Positions 36,283-43,127 of a DNA stretch of 64,000 nt are shown here, one piece after another. Location: IMG/VR virus record IMGVR_UViG_3300046816_000078. One strand, 5' to 3'. The position numbers and the translations under genes are program-made. The first letter of the stretch is position 1. Each line of letters opens with the position of its first letter. Origin of the DNA: a virus. The notes below the pieces were generated by a model. The model made no database searches, was not told where the DNA came from, and saw only the letters and a list, made by a program, of their open reading frames with translations.

Positions 36283-37882
36283 CTATAATCCCTCTTTCGT
36301 AAAGACGGCGGATATCTTCCAGACCGTAATGTCCTGATCGGTACATTTGAACGACCCGCTTAAGGTCGAAGTAAACTGAATCAGCGGCGTCGTAGTCGCC
36401 TTCATCACCAAATTCCATAAAGCCCCAATACGCGAACGCTGCGGCCATCAGCGGAGCTTGTTCCGAACCGGCGTTAACACGATCGAACGCCCTCGACTCG
36501 CTAAGCTTCCGCCAGTCCGCACCCGCGATAGCGGTGCGCCAGCTAGCCTGACCATAATGCCTCAAGGTATCATCCCTGAATGCATCATACAGCAGCCCGG
36601 AAGCGTGCGCGACTTGTGAAGCCTGCAACGTTTCTACGGGAATCCCGGCCTTTTCCATATCGGTGATTAGCGAACCTGCTGCGGCCCTCTTATCGATGAT
36701 CCACTTGATAGGCTTCCACCTTTCGTGGATCTCCTTAATTCGAGCAAGCAGCCAACCCGTACCCGACCTGAATTCGATGATCTGAATTCCAGTTCGATTA
36801 TCAGAACCTCGGAATCCCGCGACAGAAATAGCGGCACAACTGCGGTCAAGCGCAATGTCAACGGCGAACACGGGGCGCTGTACGCGCTCTGGTTCGGCCC
36901 TCTTATCCTTTGTGAGCTTCCACCATTTCTCAGGGATAACTGCCCAGCCCTCGGAATCAGCAGGCCACTGTCCGACGCCTAGACGTTCGCGCCACCATTC
37001 AGGTTCATCGCCCTCGAACGCATCGCGTTCCTTTTCGATAAAGCGCTTAGTGATGCGAATGCCGTAACCTGGGTTGGCTCGGGCTACTGCTTCCTCACTG
37101 TCAGGATCATCATGCTTATCGCAATCAAATTCACAGTATTCGTCGCATATGTCAGCGGAATACTCAATATACAGCAGGCTATCGCTGGTGCCTGCAAGCC
37201 CTCGACGCCTGACCTTAGCGGCCTGCGTAGAAGTTTTAAGACCGGCTGAGCCAGCGTAAAATACTTGGGGGTTTGGTCGTGCTGAAAGGGAAGGGAGCGA
37301 AGCTCCGATTTTCCCCGCATCAAGAATCATGTCTTCGTCGTAGGCGATAAAGTCTCCGGTGAATCCTCGACCGGAACCGGCGCTACGTGCAATAAAGATG
37401 AGTCGCTTTCGTGCATCTTCTAGGACATGCTTGCCACCGGAACCAATGATAATGGTGGGCTTTGGTTTTGTTTCGATGAACTCGCGCCCATAGGCTGACG
37501 AGTGACGACCGATCTGCATATACAAATCGTGGTTGTTTTCGATCAAGCGCCACACTCGCTGATAGTGTTCGCTAGCAGTTTTGTGTTCGTGCGCGGTATG
37601 AATGAGCAGGCGGTCGGACTTAATGCAGAATAGGCCGAACAATTCCCTAGCTTCGTAGATCGAGCCTTTACCATTCTGCCTTGGTACGGTAAGCTTAACT
37701 TCAAACGCAGACCACAGCCCATCGGCATCCCTGGCCAGCGCATGTTTCAGTGAATATCGCTGCCAGTCATCGAGATCTAGGCCGTGCTGCTTTGCATAAT
37801 CAACAGCGTCGTTGCCTGCATCCAAATTGTGGTGCTTCGGGATATGGTAAAGGCGGGGGCGCTGGTCGCCAATTAGCGCCAT
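36236..37882 (-). CDS. Terminase large subunit
   Basis: 548 aa with a Walker A-like PRQNGKGS, an ATPase N-domain and a nuclease C-domain. Flanked by the HNH and portal genes. Confidence 0.9.
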   Translation of the reverse strand: MALIGDQRPRLYHIPKHHNLDAGNDAVDYAKQHGLDLDDWQRYSLKHALARDADGLWSAFEVKLTVPRQNGKGSIYEARELFGLFCIKSDRLLIHTAHEHKTASEHYQRVWRLIENNHDLYMQIGRHSSAYGREFIETKPKPTIIIGSGGKHVLEDARKRLIFIARSAGSGRGFTGDFIAYDEDMILDAGKIGASLPSLSARPNPQVFYAGSAGLKTSTQAAKVRRRGLAGTSDSLLYIEYSADICDEYCEFDCDKHDDPDSEEAVARANPGYGIRITKRFIEKERDAFEGDEPEWWRERLGVGQWPADSEGWAVIPEKWWKLTKDKRAEPERVQRPVFAVDIALDRSCAAISVAGFRGSDNRTGIQIIEFRSGTGWLLARIKEIHERWKPIKWIIDKRAAAGSLITDMEKAGIPVETLQASQVAHASGLLYDAFRDDTLRHYGQASWRTAIAGADWRKLSESRAFDRVNAGSEQAPLMAAAFAYWGFMEFGDEGDYDAADSVYFDLKRVVQMYRSGHYGLEDIRRLYERGIIDADDLEALAEKGITI

Positions 37883-37890
37883 AGTTTTCC

Positions 37891-38124
37891 CTACTTAAGA
37901 TCGTACTCCCTGGTTGAATTACACAGGTCGTGGGCTGGTTTAAGATTATCGTAAGCATGAGTGCCGCCTAGGAATATCGGTATAACGTGGTCGGCGGTGA
38001 TATCGCCCTTGTATCGGAAAGGTTTCAGGCAGAGCCAGCAAGGGAGCTGGTGACGCCAAGCGTGATAAACCATCTTCTTCTTGTTACGCTGATATTCCGG
38101 GCTCTTATAGTGCCCGTTCGGCAT
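37891..38124 (-). CDS. HNH endonuclease (terminase-associated)
   Basis: CWLC...DHVIPIFLGGTHAYDNLKPAHDLCN. Classic position next to the terminase in cos-type phages. Confidence 0.85.
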   Translation of the reverse strand: MPNGHYKSPEYQRNKKKMVYHAWRHQLPCWLCLKPFRYKGDITADHVIPIFLGGTHAYDNLKPAHDLCNSTREYDLK

Positions 38125-38125
38125 A

Positions 38126-38407
38126 TCAATATTTGTTCTCTAGCGACTCTTTATCGGTTGCCTTAGCTCGTGGCATTGCCTCGACCTTTTCTAGTGTTAG
38201 GCGAAGCTCGCGGTTGACGCTCGCTACTGCCACTTTGTCATCCTTGCCGTACTTAGCGTCACCGCTCATCTTGAAAGTAGCATTAGTTCCGTCGAGAACC
38301 TGCGCCAGATTGATCGCCATGACTTCCCATGCGCCGGTAGGTTCGAGAATGCCCCACTCGGTCAGCGTAGTCCTGACAGCTTGTTCGACTTGTCCGGGGT
38401 CCATCAC
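38126..38407 (-). CDS. Hypothetical protein, positional candidate for small terminase subunit
   Basis: 93 aa upstream of the HNH and large terminase genes. Start is either GTG 38407 or ATG 38404, overlapping the Pup stop. No motif evidence. Confidence 0.35.
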   Translation of the reverse strand: MMDPGQVEQAVRTTLTEWGILEPTGAWEVMAINLAQVLDGTNATFKMSGDAKYGKDDKVAVASVNRELRLTLEKVEAMPRAKATDKESLENKY

Positions 38408-38580
38408 TGCCCGCCCTTCTGCACATAGCCGCGAACGAATTCTTCTGCGTTTTCTTCGAGCACTCCGTCAATCTCGTCAAGCAGCGCGTCAATAGCATCG
38501 AATTCCTTGGGAGCTGGAATCGAAGTATCCTCGGTATCCTCGGTATTCTTGGGAGTTGGCTTATTCTTTTGCTCTTTCAT
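38404..38580 (-). CDS. pup: Prokaryotic ubiquitin-like protein (Pup) homolog
   Basis: 58 aa: MKEQKNKPTPKNTEDTEDTSIPAPKEFDAIDALLDEIDGVLEENAEEFVRGYVQKGGQ. The C-terminal 28 aa nearly match mycobacterial Pup as recalled (DDLLDEIDDVLEENAEDFVRAYVQKGGQ), including the terminal GGQ. ATGA overlap with the upstream gene. Confidence 0.8.
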   Translation of the reverse strand: MKEQKNKPTPKNTEDTEDTSIPAPKEFDAIDALLDEIDGVLEENAEEFVRGYVQKGGQ

Positions 38581-38885
38581 TTGGCAGCTACTTTCTCCTG
38601 AATGTCGTGGATCGGATAACCCCTGTCGAGGAAGTTTGTCGAGTACTCTCGGAAGTGGTGAGCGCAGAAATACAGGTCGCCGCCCGGAACCTCGATCTGG
38701 TACTTTGCGTGAGAGATAGGCTTGCCATCTACCTGCGAATATCCGCACTTGTCACAAGCTCGCCAAACCCTTTTTACGACCACGGATACGACTTCTTTGA
38801 CCTTCTTTGTCGCAGGTGTCATAATGCCCATAGACTGATGAGGCTGTGGGCGGGGGCGGTCATCATCGCTGCTGAGTCTGCCCAT
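38577..38885 (-). CDS. Zinc-ribbon-like hypothetical protein
   Basis: Start at MGRLSS (AGGAGG SD 9 nt upstream). CDKCGYSQ...LYFCAHHFREY is a pattern common in small actinobacterial and phage proteins. Confidence 0.6.
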   Translation of the reverse strand: MGRLSSDDDRPRPQPHQSMGIMTPATKKVKEVVSVVVKRVWRACDKCGYSQVDGKPISHAKYQIEVPGGDLYFCAHHFREYSTNFLDRGYPIHDIQEKVAAK

Positions 38886-39054
38886 GCCGATCAGCCTCCT
38901 AATGAGTTTGTACGGGTTCCAGATCATTGTTACGACATCTCTGCGTGTAATTCCACGCCATTATTTAATGGCTTAATTGGGTCCAATCATGTGATGGGAA
39001 AAGGCTCTAATCACTTCGGGTTTGTTCGAGTAGATGATAGGGTTCGCAGCGCTC

Positions 39055-39115
39055 TGACCTGCGGTTTTGTGTGTGTGAGGGGGTCTGGTGTTCGACTTAA
39101 GCCTGTGACCTGCGG
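39055..39115 (+). repeat. Two copies of the TGACCTGCGG motif
   Basis: tgacctgcgg at 39055-39064 and 39106-39115. The same 10-mer recurs at 41091, 41146 and 41173, and in reverse upstream of three promoters. Confidence 0.7.
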
Positions 39116-39178
39116 AAACTCGAGAAATTCAAGGTCTATAGAAAATGAAATGGGGACCAAGAGGGTCGGCAAGAATCG

Positions 39179-39209
39179 AATAAAAAATGGGCAAGGTAGT
39201 TAGCCTTGC
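39179..39209 (-). terminator. Intrinsic terminator downstream of the HNH gene
   Basis: Minus strand GCAAGG-CTAACTA-CCTTGC followed by CCATTTTTTATT. Confidence 0.55.
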
Positions 39210-39362
39210 TAATGGTGTGTGATTGCGCAATTATAGGCAGATGATTAGGGCAGATGATTAGGATTCCCCCAATTGCCAGGCATTAGGCGAGCTATTACCC
39301 TCCCATTGCATCGCTTTATCAGTCGCTATTCCAGCGCATATGTAGGACCCATACCCTCCGCT

Positions 39363-39815
39363 TTACCACTTAGGCAAGCGGGTATTAGTAGGCGAGCTAT
39401 CACGCTTTACCCGGCCATCCCTACCATATCCCCCACCATCCTGGGCAGGCATTCCTTGATAGCCCCTATCACTACTAGGCTTACTACCCATAGCACTAGG
39501 CATAGGCACACCACTACTAGACATAGCACCATTGGTCCTATCACCTAGGCTAGGCATACCCTTACCACGCTTACGCCTTATAGCCTTAAGCCTATTACCC
39601 AACCGCGCACCCGCACTCTCATTGCACGTACCATGTTCAATGCGGGTAGGCCCATTGCTGCCACCCATGGCGACGCTTATCACATGGCCTAGCTGTAGTC
39701 GCTGCCATTTGTACATAGGGCGATTACAACGTGGGCAGGGTGAGCCATTAACCATTGCGTCAATAGCCCTAGTCCTGTCCTTTCTATGCTCATATCCATA
39801 TTGCGGCTTACCCAT
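39363..39815 (-). CDS. HNH endonuclease
   Basis: CPRCNRPMYKWQRLQLGHVISVAMGGSNGPTRIEHGTCN motif. Start set at MGKPQYG (GGAG SD). The longer track start runs into the repeat array. Confidence 0.7.
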   Translation of the reverse strand: MGKPQYGYEHRKDRTRAIDAMVNGSPCPRCNRPMYKWQRLQLGHVISVAMGGSNGPTRIEHGTCNESAGARLGNRLKAIRRKRGKGMPSLGDRTNGAMSSSGVPMPSAMGSKPSSDRGYQGMPAQDGGGYGRDGRVKRDSSPTNTRLPKW

Positions 39816-39836
39816 GGGTACACACTCCATATCAGA

Positions 39837-39899
39837 TAGGCAGGCTGAGAGGCTAGGCAGGCTAGCTCCATAGGCAGGCTGAGAGGCTAGGCAGGCTAG
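39837..39899 (+). repeat. Two 29-nt direct repeats TAGGCAGGCTGAGAGGCTAGGCAGGCTAG
   Basis: Copies at 39837-39865 and 39871-39899. Member of the GCTGAGAGGCT motif family. Confidence 0.85.
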
Positions 39900-40134
39900 G
39901 CACATAGGTATCGTTACCTAACCGTGACATACTGGGTATGTAACGAGTGAACACCGTTAACTTTTGAAAAGATTTAGTCAGTCAGGATTCCAGACTTACC
40001 GCTGTATGGGCCTGAGAGCAACGCTGGCACTCTGAGAGTAAGCGTGTGCAATGCTAGCTACACGGTGCTGCCGCACCGGGCGCACAGACCGTCTGAGAGC
40101 CGCGCACCCGCTGAAAAGAAGTTTCCGAGATCCC

Positions 40135-40163
40135 TTGACAAACCCCAAAATCCTGACTAAGAT
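40135..40163 (+). promoter_or_regulatory. Sigma70-like promoter
   Basis: TTGACA (40135-40140), 17-nt spacer, TAAGAT (40158-40163), 40 nt upstream of the 40203 start, which has a GGGAGG SD. Confidence 0.6.
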
Positions 40164-40202
40164 GGTGCGTAGCACCACTTAGACAGCCGGGAGGCACACA
40201 GA

Positions 40203-40748
40203 ATGACTCGCATCGAAACTCTAGCCCAGAACATCCGCGATGCATGGAACGCCGCGAATGATGACCAGAAAGCACGCGGAGCGGTTTGGTACACGGTCGC
40301 AAACCAGCTAGCGGAGCAAGTGGGGAATGGCGACGTTCGCAAGGGTGCCGGAATCATAAGCGCACTCTCACCGCGTATGCGCTGGGAGCGCAACGTGCAA
40401 CTCGCAATCGACGCAATGAATGGCAAAGAGGTTCGCGGCCTAGGTGCCAGCATCCGTAAGGTCGAAGCCATTCTGAATGGTGCCGACCCGGAATACGTTC
40501 TGCCAATGGGTTCCAAGACGGGCCATTTCTACCGCAACATGGTTGACCCCACGGACACGGATGCCGTTACCGTCGATTGCTGGGCATACCGCGTGGCAAC
40601 TCGCGAATGGAATGCCGCTGGCCCCAAATCAGCCAAGGATTACTCAGAGGTTGCTACGGCTTACCGTATCGTCGCGAGTGAGCTAGACATGATCACAAAC
40701 CACGTGCAAGCGGGCACATGGAATTGGGCACGCGAGAATTCGCACTAG
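40203..40748 (+). CDS. Hypothetical protein
   Basis: 181-aa ORF with a strong SD, its own promoter and its own terminator (monocistronic unit). Confidence 0.75.
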   Translation: MTRIETLAQNIRDAWNAANDDQKARGAVWYTVANQLAEQVGNGDVRKGAGIISALSPRMRWERNVQLAIDAMNGKEVRGLGASIRKVEAILNGADPEYVLPMGSKTGHFYRNMVDPTDTDAVTVDCWAYRVATREWNAAGPKSAKDYSEVATAYRIVASELDMITNHVQAGTWNWARENSH

Positions 40749-40765
40749 TCCAAAACGTCACAAGG

Positions 40766-40798
40766 TGCCCCGGTAGCGATACCGGGGCATTTTGCGTT
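40766..40798 (+). terminator. Intrinsic terminator
   Basis: TGCCCCGGTA-GCGA-TACCGGGGCA followed by TTTTGCGTTTC. Confidence 0.75.
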
Positions 40799-40803
40799 TC
40801 TGG

Positions 40804-41060
40804 GCTGAGAGGCACCTAGGCAGGCTGGCAGGCTGAGAGGCTAGCTGAGAGGCACCTAGGCAGGCTGGCAGGCTGAGAGGCTAGCTGAGAGGCACCTAGG
40901 CAACGCTGTGAGGCTGAGAGGCTGGCACGACGTACCCTCTAGAACGCGCTGAGAGCGACGCTAACGGCATAGAACCTAGGTCTAGGCACATTGTCTAGGG
41001 TCGCACGTTTCAAGCGCTTAGAACGCTGTGAGGCTGGCAGGCTGAGAGGCTAGGCAGAGT
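40804..41060 (+). repeat. Array of GCTGAGAGGC / GGCAGGCT motifs including 2.5 tandem 40-nt units
   Basis: gctgagaggcacctaggcaggctggcaggctgagaggcta at 40804-40843 and 40844-40883 plus a partial third copy. More copies run to 41060. Confidence 0.85.
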
Positions 41061-41081
41061 GACCGATGCAACCAGGTACGA

Positions 41082-41188
41082 AACGCTGTGACCTGCGGTT
41101 ATGTAAATCCCCAGAGTATTTTCAAGATTCTTTTTAACGCTGTGACCTGCGGTTATGTGGTGGATAACGCTGTGACCTGCGATTATAT
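41082..41188 (+). repeat. Three 23-nt iterons AACGCTGTGACCTGCGGTTATGT
   Basis: Copies at 41082-41104 and 41136-41158, plus 41166-41188 (the last with 2-3 changes). Immediately upstream of promoter P0. Confidence 0.8.
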
Positions 41189-41202
41189 ACCCGATAAAGG
41201 AT

Positions 41203-41231
41203 TTGACCGATCCCTTGCCAGGGCTTACATT
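41203..41231 (+). promoter_or_regulatory. Promoter P0 (member of the conserved promoter/leader family)
   Basis: TTGACC, 17-nt spacer, TACATT, followed by TATGAATGTAAGGCA, matching the GTGAATGTAAGGCA box downstream of P1-P3. An ATTTTCAAGATTCTTTTT box lies upstream as at P3. Confidence 0.5.
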
Positions 41232-41434
41232 TATGAATGTAAGGCAGTGAGGCGCCGGGCAGGTTGCAAGAGCCGGAGCTAGAACCGAAAGGCCAGCAAT
41301 GGCGCGTCGGATGCTCCCAGACTTTGACCTTAGATGGGTGGCCAGTATCCAATCGCTAACCTTATGGGGTAAGTACAAAGAGGTTGTCTGGTTTACTAAA
41401 CCTGAATGCAGTCTTAGGACGTAAGTTACAAACG

Positions 41435-41495
41435 GGTAAGGGATGCTAGCAATAGCGCATTAATGACCGGGCTGGTTCGATTCCAGCGCTTACCG
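41435..41495 (+). ncRNA. tRNA-like module (T-arm plus acceptor-like stem, no canonical cloverleaf)
   Basis: GCTGG-TTCGATT-CCAGC T-arm followed by GCTTACC, which pairs with GGTAAGg 5' strand. The 28-nt interior cannot form D and anticodon arms. Confidence 0.4.
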
Positions 41496-41618
41496 CTAGG
41501 CGGAATATCCGCACCTAAGTCCCAAACCTAGTTATCTGTCGGATGTAATTCTAGGGGCGTAAAACGGGTTCCGATATTCCGCTGAAAGTGTCCGCACTCA
41601 AGTAAAGGAATTCGCGTA

Positions 41619-41801
41619 ATGCGTAGTGCTCACCTCCATCCGCGAGGTTTGAACAGTACCCACTACATGACTAAGGTTATGGAATTGGTCGAAGATTCCC
41701 GGCCATGCATCCATATCTTCGTCAACAATTTCCCGCTGGCAGTTCTCATAAGCATCATGGTTATGGGAACACTCGGAATCTTCATTCCTGCTAAGCACTA
41801 A
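41619..41801 (+). CDS. Possible small hydrophobic protein
   Basis: 60-aa ORF with AAAGGA SD. An antisense ORF of similar size exists and the region may instead be non-coding RNA. Confidence 0.25.
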   Translation: MRSAHLHPRGLNSTHYMTKVMELVEDSRPCIHIFVNNFPLAVLISIMVMGTLGIFIPAKH

Positions 41802-41880
41802 GGATTGGCAGCGCGTGGTTACGTAGGCTGTAAGCGTTGCGACGCTTACGACATTCTAGCGTCTGCCAAGTAAGCATTAC

Positions 41881-41934
41881 CGGGCTAACGGTTCCTCGCA
41901 ATTTGAGGATTGGGTTCGATTCCCAATAGCTCAC
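41881..41934 (+). ncRNA. tRNA-like module within a larger hairpin-rich region (about 41806-41934)
   Basis: TTGGG-TTCGATT-CCCAA T-arm. TAGCTCA pairs with cGGGCTA. One 5-bp/7-nt hairpin (TCCTC-GCAATTT-GAGGA) lies between and there is no D-arm. Confidence 0.35.
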
Positions 41935-41964
41935 TATCCCAATCCACCTAACTAAGGAAACACA

Positions 41965-42081
41965 ATGTCCGCTAGCGAATGGAATGCCAAAATGCAGCGC
42001 GATGAAATGCGCCGTGTTTTCTCTGCCAAGTTCGTTATGGCCAATGGCCGTTACCCGACCAATGACGAGTACCCGGTCTAA
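41965..42081 (+). CDS. Hypothetical protein (38 aa)
   Basis: MSASEWNAKMQRDEMRRVFSAKFVMANGRYPTNDEYPV with AAGGAAA SD. Confidence 0.5.
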   Translation: MSASEWNAKMQRDEMRRVFSAKFVMANGRYPTNDEYPV

Positions 42082-42254
42082 TGGGTGCCAGCGTCGTAAA
42101 CTACGTCAAGTCGCATAGCGACGTTATCGACTGGGCAGAGGTTAATCTGTCCAGTACGCCCAGCGAAATTCTCTGGCAGGCATTCAATTGCACGCCTACC
42201 GGGGATGCCAAGATCGCTATTCGCAAAGAGCTTTCAAATCGAAAGGAATTCTGA
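42081..42254 (+). CDS. Hypothetical protein (57 aa)
   Basis: MGASVVNYVKSHSDVIDWAEV... with a TAATG overlap with the upstream ORF. Confidence 0.5.
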   Translation: MGASVVNYVKSHSDVIDWAEVNLSSTPSEILWQAFNCTPTGDAKIAIRKELSNRKEF

Positions 42255-42257
42255 CAG

Positions 42258-42362
42258 ATGGAGTACGTCGAATTCTGGGCTACCGGGCGTAATGCTCTGG
42301 TCCTGGTTATTCCGGTAGTGCTGACGGCAGTGCTAGTCATTCTGGCATTGGTGATCCTGTAA
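42258..42362 (+). CDS. Small membrane protein (34 aa)
   Basis: MEYVEFWATGRNALVLVIPVVLTAVLVILALVIL. Confidence 0.45.
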   Translation: MEYVEFWATGRNALVLVIPVVLTAVLVILALVIL

Positions 42363-42469
42363 TGTCCACCGCTATTGTCGGCGCGATATCCGGCCTAGTT
42401 ATGCTCATAGGCTGGATATCGATTATCATCACACTCCGTAAGCCTGCCAATTCAACAGAAGAGGGTTAG
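42362..42469 (+). CDS. Small membrane protein (35 aa)
   Basis: MSTAIVGAISGLVMLIGWISIIITLRKPANSTEEG with a TAATG overlap. Confidence 0.45.
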   Translation: MSTAIVGAISGLVMLIGWISIIITLRKPANSTEEG

Positions 42470-42474
42470 TCAAA

Positions 42475-42768
42475 ATGTCGAATTCATTCCGTGTCCAGAG
42501 TGACGTTCTTCCCGGCGCGGCTAAGCTGGCCGAGGAATGCAACGAAACTGCGCAAGTGCTTATGAAGATCGTAGGTGGCGACAATTCCGTCAAAACGTGG
42601 GCGCACCTAGAGGAAGAAATCGCGGACACCCTCGCCGCCATCGCGTTCTTTCAGCAGCACAATGCGACCGACGTTAAGGGAATTTCCCGGCGCGTCGAAA
42701 TGAAGCTGACGCGCTGGAATGCGCGTCGCACGGTACGGCGTTCCCGTAAGCAGCGCGTTAGCGCGTGA
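42475..42768 (+). CDS. MazG-like nucleotide pyrophosphohydrolase (second copy)
   Basis: 97 aa. LAEECNETAQ...HLEEEIADT aligns with the 3442-3720 product. Confidence 0.7.
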   Translation: MSNSFRVQSDVLPGAAKLAEECNETAQVLMKIVGGDNSVKTWAHLEEEIADTLAAIAFFQQHNATDVKGISRRVEMKLTRWNARRTVRRSRKQRVSA

Positions 42769-42820
42769 GAATTGGCCCATATCCGGGTAATCCGGGTATG
42801 GGTCATTTTTTATGCCCTCG

Positions 42821-42857
42821 GTGTCAACCAAAGTTGACAGTCAACCTACGTTGACAC
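42821..42857. promoter_or_regulatory. Four GTTGAC half-sites in nested dyad symmetry
   Basis: GTGTCAAC-caaa-GTTGACaGTCAAC-ctac-GTTGACAC, downstream of the MazG stop. Operator-like, or a terminator hairpin. Confidence 0.45.
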
Positions 42858-42859
42858 GG

Positions 42860-43125
42860 CAACGCTGGGCAGGCTGGCACGCTGGCAGGCTGTAAGCCTC
42901 TCAGATCGATTCTAAGCCTCTCAGAGATCCGACCCTAGCAACCACACCAGGAAGGCTCCGAACGCCCGTTAGCGTTGCTCTCAGAGCGTTCTAGAGGGTA
43001 CGTCGTGCCATGCGACCCTAGCGGGTAGCGCTGTGAGGCTGTCAGAGCGACGCTGGCAGGCTGGCACGCTGTGAGCTAGGCAGGCTGAGAGGCTAGGCAG
43101 GCTGGCACGCTGTGAGGCTGGCAGC
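42860..43125. repeat. Second array of GGCAGGCT / GCTGAGAGGCT / AAGCCTCTCAGA motifs
   Basis: Contains aagcctctcaga twice (42895, 42913) and ggcaggctgagaggctaggcaggct (about 43080). Mirrors the 40804-41060 array. Confidence 0.85.
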
Positions 43126-43127
43126 GA

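Noticed and set aside
38556-39203. 215-aa plus-strand ORF across the Pup and zinc-ribbon genes and the intergenic region.
   Set aside because: It is antisense to two well-supported coupled genes, has no SD, and its 3' half crosses iterons and a terminator.
39816-39905. N-terminal extension of the HNH ORF (track start 39905).
   Set aside because: The extension is translated from the 29-nt direct repeats (MCLACLASQPAYGASLPSLSACLS). The internal Met at 39815 has a GGAG SD.
40804-40923. Possible CRISPR array, suggested by regularly repeated ~40-nt units.
   Set aside because: The units are directly abutting with no unique spacers. The motif is dispersed in both orientations elsewhere, and no cas genes are present.
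41010-41378. 122-aa minus-strand ORF and 64-72-aa ORFs over the iteron and P0 region.
   Set aside because: They are composed of translated direct repeats and promoter sequence, with no SD.
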